This document shows positions 31,775 to 42,199 of a stretch of DNA of 64,000 nucleotides, in pieces (the stretch's first letter is position 1; each line of letters opens with the position of its first letter). The notes under the pieces are model-generated. The model had not been told where the DNA came from, did not search any database, and worked only from the letters and a program-made list of their open reading frames with translations. The position numbers were made by a program, and so were the translations under genes. This DNA is from Candidatus Latescibacterota bacterium (lineage in GTDB: Bacteria > Latescibacterota > UBA2968): NCBI GenBank assembly GCA_965198115.1, contig OZ240241.1, positions 736,001 through 800,000 on the forward strand, written 5' to 3'.

Positions 31775-34342
31775 CTAAAAAGTCTCTCCTAAAAGTTCGG
31801 CTCGGTGGATCCTGTCGAGGCGAAACACGCGATCGCCCTTGCGATTACGACAGTAGGCATAGAGCATTTTCTCGTCTTCGGACGTGGGCTGAACGATACG
31901 GTCGCCGTTACCCTGGGCTCCGTATTCGAGTCGCAGGCAAAGCTTTCGCCGAATCGCGAAGTCGACAACGTTGAGGATGTCGTTGTTCTCCGTGGCCGGG
32001 TTTGGACCCGTGAATTCGGCGAGTGTGCCGGTGCCGTCGGTTTCGCGAACTTGCTCGATGATCCTTTCGAAGAGCTCGGAGTGCGTCTCGGCTCGTGTGC
32101 GGATGCTCTCCCCGGGTGTTCGCCGTAGTACCCGACGCAGCCGCTGCGCCAGGTTCGTGACGTCACGCGGTTTTTCACCCAGTCGCTCGTCGAGGAAGGA
32201 TACGGCAGACTCCAGGAAACCGACGAGTTCCGAAAGGTCGGTGGTGCTGAGATTGACCTGGTGGCTGGACTCGGTTTCGGCCTGGTCGACGTGTTCGAAG
32301 GAAGGCATGTAGCCCTGTCTCGTGAGCAGCTGAGCCAGCGTCTCCGGTCTTGCGTTGACTTTGATGCCCGCGACGGTCGGCGCGAATCGTTCTCCGAGCA
32401 GATCGGCGATCTGTTTCTGGGCATACAGCTCATCGAGTCTGGCGGGCTCGTCGACACTGACATAGCCTGTGGCCAATCGTATTTGAATCTCGCCGTGTTT
32501 GTCGTTGCAGTCTTTGACGAGGGACTTGACCATATCTGGAACTCCGGTTGCGCTTCGCTCCCTCAGAAACCTGAGGATGCGAGTCGAGGTGAACCCCCGG
32601 TTGAGGGCGTCGAGTATAGCCTCCCGGGTGATGTGAAAGTGGCTGACGACGTCGATGTTTCGGAGATCGGTCAGACCGCACAGTTGCACGTAGTCGGTGA
32701 TCGGCAGGTCGGGCGGGGCGAGCACCTCGAGGTTGGGTTGGATCACGAATCGGGCGTTGGGGTTCGTGGGCACGCCGAATGCGATGTCTTCCTTGCTTCG
32801 CTTGAGGACATTGCGGCCTGCTGCGGTCAGCCGGAAGCAGGCGCCCTCGCTCGCGTGGAGCGGACGATCAAAAGCCCCGGGGTTTCCGATTTCGACGAGG
32901 CCCATCCACGAAATGGCTCCGACGAACATCCGGCGGAGAAGCTCATCGGCGGTCGTTCCGCGTGAGGAGAGCACGGTGCCCGCCGCCGGACCGTCGGTCA
33001 GGGTCTTGAAGGCGGGCGAGATTTTGGCGAGCGTTCGGTAGAACTGGCTGTAGGCGACCCACTTGTTCCCCGGGCAGCGAGCGAGTCCCGACAACACTTC
33101 GCTTCGGAGAGCTTTCAGTTCGTCCGCGCGATCTTTCTTTCCGTTGACTGGTGCGCGATCGGCCGCCCACTCGTTCCATCGATTGGTTTCTCTCCAAAAT
33201 GCGACGAGGGTTTTCAGAAGGCTTGTGTGTTTGGCGATACGGCGTGGGCCCGTTTTCGTCAGCACCCACCGGCCGTTTTCCGCGGCCGAAAGACCCGCTT
33301 CTTCGGCGAACAACATCAGGAAATCAGGATAGCCCGGGTCTTCGTCTGCTTTGAAGAATCTTCCAGCCTCCCGGAGTTCGCCCTTGGGCATCCCACCACG
33401 TTTGAGTGTTTTGGGACGTTTTCGCTCGATCAGCCCAAGTAGGGTTCCGAGGTCCCGCGGGAGGAGATTGCCGGGTGCGACGATCTGGGTCGGTGCCTCC
33501 GCGTCATCACTTAGAGCGTCCTCGGGGGGACTCTCGAGTCGACCCCCCTGAGCTTTGGCGAGAGATCGCAGAACCTTTGCAAGGTCGCTTGCGATCACGA
33601 GGGGTTGGTCGCGGGATAGACGACTTCTCTCGGGTGCGACGAACAGGGGCGTCTTCCAGATCAGATCCTCGAGTGCGCGAACCGCCCCTTCTCCGAGACG
33701 AGCTTCGACGACCGCGGGCGTGGGTTCCGACTCGGACAGGACGAGGTCGAGGACGTCCCGGCGCTCCTCGCTCAAAGCCTTCAAATACGTCTTCAGCTGA
33801 TCCGGATCAGTCAGATGACTACGAACCAGCTCGATCAGGTAGGGACGCCGCGTTTCACGCGTCCGGATGCCCAGGTCGGCGGCGAAGGCCTTGAGTTGCC
33901 CCTGGGAATGGTTGACGAGGAGGGAACGAAGTCGGTTGTGCTGGCTCGCTGGCACGGGAAGCGACTTCACGATCGACTCTGGCACACCGACGAGCGGATC
34001 GGCGGCACCGTGCACGTGCGTGTCCTGAAAAGCGAGGCCGATGAGGGTCGCGCATTCGATCATCTCATCGAAACGATGCTCGAACCCGTGCCCCAGCTCC
34101 TTCACAGCGATCGACCGGGGTAGCTCACCTCCCTCGGCGGCGAGCTCGACGAGAAGGTCCCGGCAGGGCTCGTTCAGTCTGGTCAGATGACGCTTCACGG
34201 CTGCCGGCCGCGAAAGATGGCGCGAGAGGGCGTCGATCAGTGCGGGTTTGTTGAGGTGGCTGTCGGTCTCGAGGTTGGTTTCGGCGGCGATTCGACGGAG
34301 TAGGGGAACCGGTTGGGCCGTCAGTGCGGCGCGGAGCTTCAT
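31775..34342 (-). CDS. XPB-type helicase-associated domain protein with C-terminal WYL domain
   Basis: RFVIQPNLEVLAPP, ITREAILDALNRG...GVPDMV; YAYCRNRKGDRVFRLDRI. Confidence 0.85.
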   Translation of the reverse strand: MKLRAALTAQPVPLLRRIAAETNLETDSHLNKPALIDALSRHLSRPAAVKRHLTRLNEPCRDLLVELAAEGGELPRSIAVKELGHGFEHRFDEMIECATLIGLAFQDTHVHGAADPLVGVPESIVKSLPVPASQHNRLRSLLVNHSQGQLKAFAADLGIRTRETRRPYLIELVRSHLTDPDQLKTYLKALSEERRDVLDLVLSESEPTPAVVEARLGEGAVRALEDLIWKTPLFVAPERSRLSRDQPLVIASDLAKVLRSLAKAQGGRLESPPEDALSDDAEAPTQIVAPGNLLPRDLGTLLGLIERKRPKTLKRGGMPKGELREAGRFFKADEDPGYPDFLMLFAEEAGLSAAENGRWVLTKTGPRRIAKHTSLLKTLVAFWRETNRWNEWAADRAPVNGKKDRADELKALRSEVLSGLARCPGNKWVAYSQFYRTLAKISPAFKTLTDGPAAGTVLSSRGTTADELLRRMFVGAISWMGLVEIGNPGAFDRPLHASEGACFRLTAAGRNVLKRSKEDIAFGVPTNPNARFVIQPNLEVLAPPDLPITDYVQLCGLTDLRNIDVVSHFHITREAILDALNRGFTSTRILRFLRERSATGVPDMVKSLVKDCNDKHGEIQIRLATGYVSVDEPARLDELYAQKQIADLLGERFAPTVAGIKVNARPETLAQLLTRQGYMPSFEHVDQAETESSHQVNLSTTDLSELVGFLESAVSFLDERLGEKPRDVTNLAQRLRRVLRRTPGESIRTRAETHSELFERIIEQVRETDGTGTLAEFTGPNPATENNDILNVVDFAIRRKLCLRLEYGAQGNGDRIVQPTSEDEKMLYAYCRNRKGDRVFRLDRIHRAELLGETF

Positions 34343-35751
34343 GGGGTGGCGACCGAGTCAGCGGTGAACGACCAGATCCGCGCGTCAGGGTCCTCGTGGG
34401 CGTCAGCGGGCAGCCCACATTTCTGACAAAGAGCTTCGACAAACTGTCGCTGGTCCCAACCTCTGTCGACGGGAACTTGTGGAAGCAGGACGCCGTGCTG
34501 GTTTCTGACGCTGATGAAAAGGCCGTGATGTCCGATTTCTATGTCTTCGATACGCGGCAGGGGGCTCAGCGGGCTGAGAATCGAAAGTTCGATCGAGATG
34601 TCCTCGGCTTCGTCGAGCGAAAGAGGCGGAAACCTCGGGTCGGACGTGGCTGCCCTGTAAGCCATCGTCCGGACCGTTTCAGCCAGGGAATCGGCGCCGT
34701 GAACATCTCCGATACAGCCTCGCAGGTTACCGTGTAGCCTGAGGGTGACGAACGCACCCCTGGGCGATGCCAGGATTTCGCTCGATACGTGTTCGAGTGG
34801 GGGATTCGGTCTCCCCTGGGCGGCCTCGAACACAGCCGTTTTGGCGATGTCGACGAGGGTTTGCCGATCGGCGTCCGACACCGTGCCAGCGTGGGGCCTG
34901 CAAAAGACGACTGCGCCGTATCCGACGACGTAGCCACCGGTTCTTCCCGAGACGCGATTCGAATTGGTGTTCGCGACCGTGAAACCCGAGGTGGCGCCGA
35001 GGGCCCGTGTCGCGACGATGGTGGCAGCGACGCCGACCGCACCGCAGGCGGCCGCGCCGAGTGTCTCGATCTCGTGTATGAGCGCGTCGGCATCGTAGGC
35101 TTCGATGAGCCCGAGGGTCGTGTCGTCGCTCCTGGAACAGTCGATGGCATCGTGTCCGTGATACAGGTCCGAGCTGGCGATGACGAGCGTGTTCGGAGCC
35201 AAACGACGCGAAACTCGGGCAATCGCTCGTCCCAACGCCTTCCAAGGGCTGGATTCGGGGTTCCCCACGAGCACCGGAATGAAAGAGAAGTCGTCGAGTA
35301 CGGTCTGGAGGAACGGGAGCTGGACCTCGATCGCGTGTTCACCCCGGAGCTCTGATGCGTGATCCGTCCTATGACCCGTGTCCGTGCACGATGTGTCGAG
35401 TTCGTCCGCCAACGCATCCGCGAAGGCACGATCGACGGGGACAGGGCCGAGGGGCGTGTGGTAGGCGGCGCCGTTATAGATCGAAAGCCCGACGACCGAT
35501 TCCCTGTGGCTGGGTGCGACGATGACGACGGCATCGTAGCGCGCACCCCGAAGTGGCCGATAGGCGGTCGCGGCGACCTGTCCCGAATAGACGTAGCCGG
35601 CGTGGGGGGAAACGAGGCCGACGATGCGTCCGGGCAGGGAAACGTCAGGGGCCCGGTCGAGCAGATCGGTCACGGTGTTTGAGAGCTCGGCAGGATGGGC
35701 GGGGTAGAAGCTTCCGTCGACAGCGGGGGGGCGAGCCGAAAGTTCGAGCAT
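34339..35751 (-). CDS. AmmeMemoRadiSam protein B (MEMO1) / protein A (AMMECR1) fusion
   Basis: RPPAVDGSFYP, PHAGYVYSG, EHAIEVQLPFL, SSDLYH, ACG, VVGYG; then GAFVTL, LRGCIG, DPRFPPL, GVLLPQV. Confidence 0.93.
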   Translation of the reverse strand: MLELSARPPAVDGSFYPAHPAELSNTVTDLLDRAPDVSLPGRIVGLVSPHAGYVYSGQVAATAYRPLRGARYDAVVIVAPSHRESVVGLSIYNGAAYHTPLGPVPVDRAFADALADELDTSCTDTGHRTDHASELRGEHAIEVQLPFLQTVLDDFSFIPVLVGNPESSPWKALGRAIARVSRRLAPNTLVIASSDLYHGHDAIDCSRSDDTTLGLIEAYDADALIHEIETLGAAACGAVGVAATIVATRALGATSGFTVANTNSNRVSGRTGGYVVGYGAVVFCRPHAGTVSDADRQTLVDIAKTAVFEAAQGRPNPPLEHVSSEILASPRGAFVTLRLHGNLRGCIGDVHGADSLAETVRTMAYRAATSDPRFPPLSLDEAEDISIELSILSPLSPLPRIEDIEIGHHGLFISVRNQHGVLLPQVPVDRGWDQRQFVEALCQKCGLPADAHEDPDARIWSFTADSVATP

Positions 35752-36218
35752 TACTGGATGATGAAGTCGGGAAAGTAGACGCGGAGGACTTCGCCTCTAA
35801 CGAGCATCGCGTTGACGGCGAATCGAATCTCGTCTTTGATAAACTCACGATCTTCGGGATTGTCGAGTTCCTCGACCTTTTTCGACGACAGGATCCGTAC
35901 GACCGCGTCCCGCAGCTTGGGCTGCTGCAGGTCGAGCTGGTTGTAGGCGCTGGCGGGAGAGACGCCCAAGCTGATCTGCGCCTTGATGAAGCGCAACCCC
36001 CCGTCGGAGATCGAATCGGCGGGATTGACGAGGAATTCACCGAGCGTGTTGAACGTTGCCTCGGGTTCGTCGCTGATGGCGATGTCGACCTTTACTTCCT
36101 CGATCTCTTCGACCTGAGGGCCTTCGATTCGTTGAATCACGATCTTGTTGATCAGCAGGTAGGCAATGCTGGCCTGACCGAGAACGACCAGCATAACGAG
36201 TGGCATGTAGCGGTTCAT
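35751..36218 (-). CDS. fliL: Flagellar basal body-associated protein FliL
   Basis: Single N-terminal TM; FLVNPAD, RFIK, PKLRDAVVRILSSK, VYFPDFIIQ. Confidence 0.9.
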   Translation of the reverse strand: MNRYMPLVMLVVLGQASIAYLLINKIVIQRIEGPQVEEIEEVKVDIAISDEPEATFNTLGEFLVNPADSISDGGLRFIKAQISLGVSPASAYNQLDLQQPKLRDAVVRILSSKKVEELDNPEDREFIKDEIRFAVNAMLVRGEVLRVYFPDFIIQ

Positions 36219-36387
36219 GCGTGAGACCTGTAGGAGCGCTGAAATGTGGAGCAAAAAGAGGTTGAGGGCATCCAAGCCTCAACCTCAAAGTTACTGATTT
36301 GACCGCTTGTTTCAAACGATAGGGAATGGACCCACTCAAGTCAAGGTTGCCCGATTCAGTAGCGATGCACGATGTCGGGCAAGAAAG

Positions 36388-36418
36388 AAAGCCGCAGGCG
36401 ATGATCGCCTGCGGCTTT
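36388..36418 (-). terminator. Intrinsic terminator downstream of flagellin
   Basis: AAAGCCGCAGGCGAT-g-ATCGCCTGCGGCTTT with U-rich tails on both strands. Confidence 0.85.
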
Positions 36419-36594
36419 TCGGGAAAAACAACAACTGCTTCGAGAAACCCGCCGATTTTTCGATGGGACGCCAGCGTCGGCGGAGCGCTGGCCGTGGTGG
36501 GTGGGCCACCTGTCGACGGTTTTCGAGTTCCGTCGACTTCGACAGGAGCGGTAACGCTCGACTGCCGGCCTGCGCCTTATTGTTCCGCCTGAGC

Positions 36595-39171
36595 TTACTG
36601 GAGGAGCGACAAGGCATTCTGCGGGATTGCGTTGGCCTGTGCCAGGAGCGCTGTGCTCGACTGGACCAGGATCTGCGCCCGCGTGAATGCCGATACTTCC
36701 TCCGCGACGTCCGCGTTACGAATCGAGGATTCGGAGGCCTGAAGGTTCTCGAATGCGTTCTCCAAGGACCGAATCGTGAATCCGAGTCGGTTTTGGATCG
36801 CACCGAGGTCACCACGGACCCCTGCTACACGATCGATCGCCAGATCGATCGTCGAGATCGAACTCCGGGAGCTCTCCAGCGTGGCGATAGAAACGCCCGA
36901 CAGGTTGAGGTTGACGCCGCTGGCTCGCATGTCGGTGATGTTCACCTCGAGGCGATGCACGGCGCCATCGTCCGGGCCGATCTGGAACGAACCACCTGTG
37001 CCGCCTTCGATCGTCAGTGTCAGTCCGTCGAGCTCGCCATCGCGATAACCGTCGATGGCGGGGGAGGTCAACGTCGCGGCTCGCTCTCCGGAAAGGGTCA
37101 GCTGAATACCGAGTCGATCGAAGTTGGCCACGACCGCGCTGCCGGTTGCGACGATGCCGCCTGTGGCGCCGTCGCTGTCGAGCGCGGGACCAATGTCGAT
37201 GGTCTGTGTCGCTATGCCATTACCAAGTGTAATCTGGCTGTCTGTGTTGCCACTGTCGATGAAGATATAGTTGCCCGCGTCGGCACCCGTGATCGAGACG
37301 TCGAGGATACCCGTCGTGGCCGAGGCCAGGGCGGTCGATGCGGTCAGATCCTCGCTTACAGAGTTGCCGAAGCCGTTGAGCAGCGAGATACCGTTGTAGC
37401 TGGTCGCGTTCGCGATGCGGTCCATTTCCGTGATGAGCTGGACCGCCTCAGCGTTCAGGGCGGTGCGGTTGCCGTCGTTGAGTGTGGACGAAGCAGACTG
37501 GACGGCGAGCTCACGCATCCTGATGAGGATCGCGCTCACTTCGTTGAGCGCACCCTCAGCGGTCTGAATGAGGTTGGTACCCTGCTCTGCGTTTCGGACG
37601 GCCTGGCGGAATCCGCCTAGCTCTGCCCGCATCCCTTCTGATACGCTCAACCCGGCTGCGTCGTCGGCAGCTCGATTGATCCGTATACCCGACGAGAGTC
37701 TTTCGATTCTCGTCGCCAGTTGCCGATTGTTAATCATCAACTGGAGCTATAATCAAAAGGTGTGGAAAAAGAGAAAGGGCGACCCTACCCTTCCCGTGAG
37801 ATAGTTGATTCACACAAAACCGGGTGAGAGGCCCGGTTGGGAAGGAGGATCGCCGTGAAGGAACATACGCATAGAGCCCCATTGAAGTCCATGCCGACGT
37901 GGGAGACGGTTGACGATTGGATCCGTGAAGAGATCCAGGGCCGGTTCCAGTCCATTCTGGAGGAGGAGGCGACCGCGTTCTTGGGCCGGTCGTGGTATGA
38001 GCGCCGAGCCGAGGTTGATAGCTCCAGGGGCTACAGGAACGGCTACGGCAAGCCCCGGCGTCTCTCGACGAGCTGCGGAACGATCAAGGTCCGGCGTCCC
38101 CGGGTTCGTGGTCTGGAAGAGCGGTTTGAAAGCCGCATCCTCCCCCTGTTCGCCCGGAGAACCAGGGCCATTGGAGATCTGCTTCCCGACCTTTATCTCC
38201 ACGGTCTCTCCCAGGGCGACTTCGAGTTGTCTTTGCGTGCGCTGCTCGGTGATGGCGCGCCGCTTTCGCCGACCTCGATCGCTCGTCTTCGAGGGAAGTG
38301 GGAGGTCGACTTCCAGGACTGGAAAGAAAGGCGTCTGGATAATCGCGAACTGGTCTACGCCTGGGCTGATGGCATCTACGTCAAAGCCGGGCTCGAGCGC
38401 GAGAAGGCGTGTCTGCTGGTCGTGATCGGCGCGATGAGCGACGGCAGCAAGGAGATCCTGGCGATAGAACCCGGTTATCGAGAGTCTACAGAATCCTGGC
38501 TCACGGTGCTCCGGGATCTCCGGGATCGCGGGCTCGAACATCCTGTCCTGATCGCCGCGGACGGGAATATGGGCATCTGGGCGGCCGTTGATCAGGTCTG
38601 GCCAGAGAGCCGGCAACAACGGTGCTGGAACCACAAGATCCTCAACGTGCTCGACAAGGTCGCCAAGCGTGCACAGGCTGAAGCCCGCGCACTGCTCGTC
38701 CAGATCCCCTATGCCGGCACGAAAAAGGAGGCCGAGAAGCTCCGGAAACGCTTTGCCGCACGGTATCGCTCACAGTTCCCTGCCGCCGTGGAGACGCTCG
38801 AAAGAGACTGGGATCGGATGGTCACGTTCTACGACTTCCGAAGGAACACTGGAAACACCTGAGAACCACGAACGTCGTCGAGAGCCCCTTTGCTTCCGTT
38901 CGGCTTCGCACAAACGCCGCCAGGCGATTCAAGAAAGTCAGGAACGCCACGGCTCTCATCTGGCGTACGCTCAAGGTCGCAGAGAGCCGATTCAGGAAAC
39001 TCACCGCGCCACACTTGCTACAACAAGTCTACGATCAGAAACACTCAACCGGACCGCAGGTCGAAGCCGGGAAGATGGCCGCCTGATTTCTTTTACACAC
39101 CTATTGACCTGAGCTCTCAACTGTCGCCGGGTGTTTAAGGCGATGATGTTGTTGTTCACCCGAAGTGGCAT
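36595..39171 (-). pseudogene. fliC: Flagellin disrupted by an IS256-family element after codon ~18
   Basis: MPLRVNNNIIALNTRRQL | MINNRQLATRIERLSSGIRINRAADDAAG ... RGDLGAIQNRL ... ANAIPQNALSLLQ. Confidence 0.93.
37744..39116 (+). mobile_element. Second IS256-family element (transposase frameshifted at ~38838)
   Basis: YRNGY, WADGIY, GYRES, QRCWNHK, LRTTNVVES; IRs GAGCTATAATCAAAAGGTGTG / GAGCTCAGGTCAATAGGTGTG; 7-bp duplication TCAACTG. Confidence 0.95.
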
Positions 39172-39200
39172 CTTAAACCTCCTTGTTTGTTGCTACCGAA

Positions 39201-39216
39201 CCAGCTTCCTTGCCGG
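39201..39216 (-). promoter_or_regulatory. Putative CsrA-binding hairpin (CCGGC-AAGGAA-GCTGG), with a second CAAGGAG over the RBS
   Basis: ANGGA in a hairpin loop upstream of the flagellin RBS, as in CsrA/FliW-controlled flagellin mRNAs. Confidence 0.65.
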
Positions 39217-39541
39217 TTTCGAAGATCTTTCGCCCTGATGCCCCTTTCTTGGAAGCGAAAGACCTTTTGAAGATGGTGGGTCAAACTCTGGAGCTGAGGG
39301 TAGTGGCTTCGCCGCAGTCGGCGTCTATTACCCCTTCACCTTCCGGCGTCGTGTCCCCATCAGACCTTCAGCTGGTGAGGAAGGAGCGCCGCTCCGGGAT
39401 GCTGCTACTCGCGACTCGCTTGTTTGACGCGACCATCCCTTTTGCAGGACTGAACCCGTAGACGCCCCCAAAGGCCTCTCCTCCGTGGCGTCTCGTATTT
39501 CAATGTCCTACTTGATAGTTCTTGGTAGTGGCTCAGTATAA

Positions 39542-39568
39542 CTATCGGCGGGGACGAATGCGGCTTTA
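39542..39568 (-). promoter_or_regulatory. Sigma28 (FliA) promoter of flagellin
   Basis: TAAA-N15-GCCGATAG. Confidence 0.85.
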
Positions 39569-39660
39569 GACTTTTTCGGCGTTTCTTCCGCCAGAAGACG
39601 GTCTTCTCCGGAAGAAAGGTGGGAGTGCCGATGGTGCATACATATATATTAGATGCCGCT

Positions 39661-40242
39661 ATGGACGCGTTCCGCCTGCGGCTTGCCACCGTGGTTTCAC
39701 TGTTTCTGAATCCGGCGGTTTTCGCCGCCTGGGTGCTGATCGCGACGCTTGGTGAGGAGTTTGGCGCCCGCTCGGGCTGGGTGGCCCTGCTGCTCTGCCC
39801 TGGCGTACCGGTCCTGCACGCGGTCTATCTTCGCGCGACCGGACGGGTAAGCGCCTTTTTCATTCCCCGTTCCCGAGACCGCATCGTTCCCCTCATCGTA
39901 GCCGGTACAAGCAGCTTCCTGGCCGGTACGGTTCTCTTCCGTGCGGGAGCGCCGACCGTTCCCGTAGCACTCCTCTTCGCTCTTTGCGGGCTGGCGCTCG
40001 GTCTCGCCGCCGTTTCCACGCTCTGGCTCGTCAGTCTCCACGCGGCGGGGGTGACCGCCTCCGCGACTGCGATGACCGTTGCATTACCCGAGTGGGGCGT
40101 GCTCTTCTGGGTTGCCGCGTGTGCGGTCTCGTGGGCACGTATCGAGACCCGTGCCCACACAGGCCCACAGGTTGCGGGAGGAGCCGTTGCCGGCAGCGCG
40201 ATCTATCTGTTCACGCATCTGGTGATGACTCAAATGGTATGA
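39661..40242 (+). CDS. PAP2-like membrane protein
   Basis: Several TMs; VSLHAAG and WARIETRAHTGPQVAGG; start uncertain. Confidence 0.65.
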   Translation: MDAFRLRLATVVSLFLNPAVFAAWVLIATLGEEFGARSGWVALLLCPGVPVLHAVYLRATGRVSAFFIPRSRDRIVPLIVAGTSSFLAGTVLFRAGAPTVPVALLFALCGLALGLAAVSTLWLVSLHAAGVTASATAMTVALPEWGVLFWVAACAVSWARIETRAHTGPQVAGGAVAGSAIYLFTHLVMTQMV

Positions 40243-40694
40243 ATCTGCCGTGGCGAAAGAAGCAGGCAAAGAAGACCGTCACAGCGCGTACGGCGATCGG
40301 AGCGATTCGACAGCTCTACAATCACTACCAGAAGCAGGCGAATATGTGGGGTTACGCACTGCTTTCGTCGCTCGTGCTCATTTTTTTGTGGGTCGGATAC
40401 AGTGTGCTTCGGGAGGTGAACTACGCTTATTTGTCGCTCCCGTTGATCGGCATCGTGATTTCGGCGTTCCAGATGTATCGCATCAAAGGCATTTCGAACA
40501 CCCTACGACAGGCCCACACGATCCAGCAACAGGTCGATAAGGCGGAGGCGGAAAAAAGAGAGCAGGAGGAGGCCGAGGCCGGTGGTGAGGCCGCCGCCCG
40601 CAATGGGCCGTCCCGGTCGGCAGCCGCAGAGGCCGAATCCGCCGACGAGGAGGGAGCCCAAGGAGACGAGGGGGATGAGGGAGACGAGGCCTGA
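40239..40694 (+). CDS. Hypothetical 2-TM protein with acidic tail
   Basis: ATGA overlap with the upstream gene; MNLPWRKKQAKK, two hydrophobic helices, coiled and acidic C-terminus. Confidence 0.75.
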   Translation: MNLPWRKKQAKKTVTARTAIGAIRQLYNHYQKQANMWGYALLSSLVLIFLWVGYSVLREVNYAYLSLPLIGIVISAFQMYRIKGISNTLRQAHTIQQQVDKAEAEKREQEEAEAGGEAAARNGPSRSAAAEAESADEEGAQGDEGDEGDEA

Positions 40695-40742
40695 GTGAAA
40701 CCGTCCGTTCGGTAAATCTGTCCATCCATATGGAATGTGCCC

Positions 40743-42179
40743 ATGTCGTCAGATACCCGATATCAGAACCCGTTGACTGAGCGCTACGCCAGTCCGGAGA
40801 TGAGCGCCACTTTTTCGGACCAGACCAAGTTTTCCACCTGGCGATCTCTCTGGATCGCCCTGGCCGAAGCCGAACGCGATCTCGGTCTGCCCATTACGGA
40901 TGAGCAGATCGACGAACTACGTCGACACAAGGAGGACATCGACTACGAAATCGCGCGAAAACGGGAACGAGAGGTTCGTCACGACGTGATGGCCCACGTC
41001 TACGCCTATGGCGAGCAATGTCCGACGGCCCGTCCGATTATCCATCTGGGCGCGACGAGTGCTTACGTTCAGGACAACACGGAACTCCTACAGATCCGCG
41101 AGGGGATCCGGATCGTGCGCAAGAAGCTGGTCAACCTGATCGCGGACCTCCGGGCTTTTGCGCTGGAGCAAAGGTCGCTGCCGACGCTGGGTTTCACGCA
41201 CTTTCAGCCTGCCCAGCTGACCACCGTCGGAAAGCGTGCGAGTCTATGGCTCCAGGACGTGGTGATGGACTACCAGGACCTTGTGTATCACCTGGAAACC
41301 TTGCGCTTTAGGGGCGTCAAGGGAACGACAGGCACGCAGGCCAGTTTTCTGGATCTGTTCGACGGGGATCACGATCGGGTGAAAAGACTGGACCAGCTCG
41401 TGACGGAAAAGATGGGATTTGGTGCCGCGGCGACGATCACCGGACAGACGTATTCGCGGAAGGTGGATGCGCAGATCGGGGACCTGTTGTCCCGCATCGC
41501 CCAGACTGCCCACAAGTTTGGCAACGACCTGCGTCTTCTTCAGAACCTGAAGGAGGTCGAGGAACCGTTCGAGAAGGGGCAGATCGGCTCTTCGGCGATG
41601 GCTTACAAGCGGAACCCGATGCGATCGGAGCGCATCTGTGCCCTCGCCAGATACGTGATCACGTCTGCCCAGAGCCCCGCCTTCACGCACGCCACGCAGT
41701 GGTTCGAGCGCACGCTGGACGACTCGGCGAACAAGCGTTTGGCCTTGCCGCAGATGTTTTTGGGCGTCGATGCGATTCTGATCCTCTTTATGAATGTGGC
41801 AAGGGGTCTCGTCGTCTATCCGAAGATCATTCGGCGTCACGTCGACGAGGAACTGCCCTTTATGGCGACCGAAAACATCCTCATGGCGTCCGTCAAACGT
41901 GGCGGCGACAGACAGGAACTCCACGAACGCATCCGGGTTCATTCGATGGACGCAGGGCGGCGCGTGAAGGAGGAAGGGCTGGACAACGATTTGTTGGATC
42001 GGATCGGCGCCGACGACGCCTTTGGGATGACGCGAAGCGATCTCGACGATCTTCTGGATCTGGAGGCCTTCGTGGGGAGGGCACCCGAGCAGGTCGACCA
42101 GTTCATCCAGGACGAAGTCGACCCGATTCTCGAAAAAGATCGCGCACTTCTTGGTGAAGGGGCGGAGGTGTTCGTGTAG
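40743..42179 (+). CDS. purB: Adenylosuccinate lyase
   Basis: RHDVMAH, IHLGATS, GFTHFQPAQ, GSSAMAYKRNP, WFERTLDDSA. Confidence 0.97.
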   Translation: MSSDTRYQNPLTERYASPEMSATFSDQTKFSTWRSLWIALAEAERDLGLPITDEQIDELRRHKEDIDYEIARKREREVRHDVMAHVYAYGEQCPTARPIIHLGATSAYVQDNTELLQIREGIRIVRKKLVNLIADLRAFALEQRSLPTLGFTHFQPAQLTTVGKRASLWLQDVVMDYQDLVYHLETLRFRGVKGTTGTQASFLDLFDGDHDRVKRLDQLVTEKMGFGAAATITGQTYSRKVDAQIGDLLSRIAQTAHKFGNDLRLLQNLKEVEEPFEKGQIGSSAMAYKRNPMRSERICALARYVITSAQSPAFTHATQWFERTLDDSANKRLALPQMFLGVDAILILFMNVARGLVVYPKIIRRHVDEELPFMATENILMASVKRGGDRQELHERIRVHSMDAGRRVKEEGLDNDLLDRIGADDAFGMTRSDLDDLLDLEAFVGRAPEQVDQFIQDEVDPILEKDRALLGEGAEVFV

Positions 42180-42199
42180 CCGTCGGTCAGCAGGAGTCG

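Noticed and set aside
3055-37620. Long antisense ORFs (3055-4125, 12986-14320, 36307-37620 and others)
   Set aside because: Shadow frames of well-supported genes in GC-rich DNA; no motifs
39172-39535. Canonical c-di-GMP-I riboswitch in the flagellin leader
   Set aside because: The GGCAAAC / GGACGCAAA consensus was not found by eye; kept as an unknown structured leader
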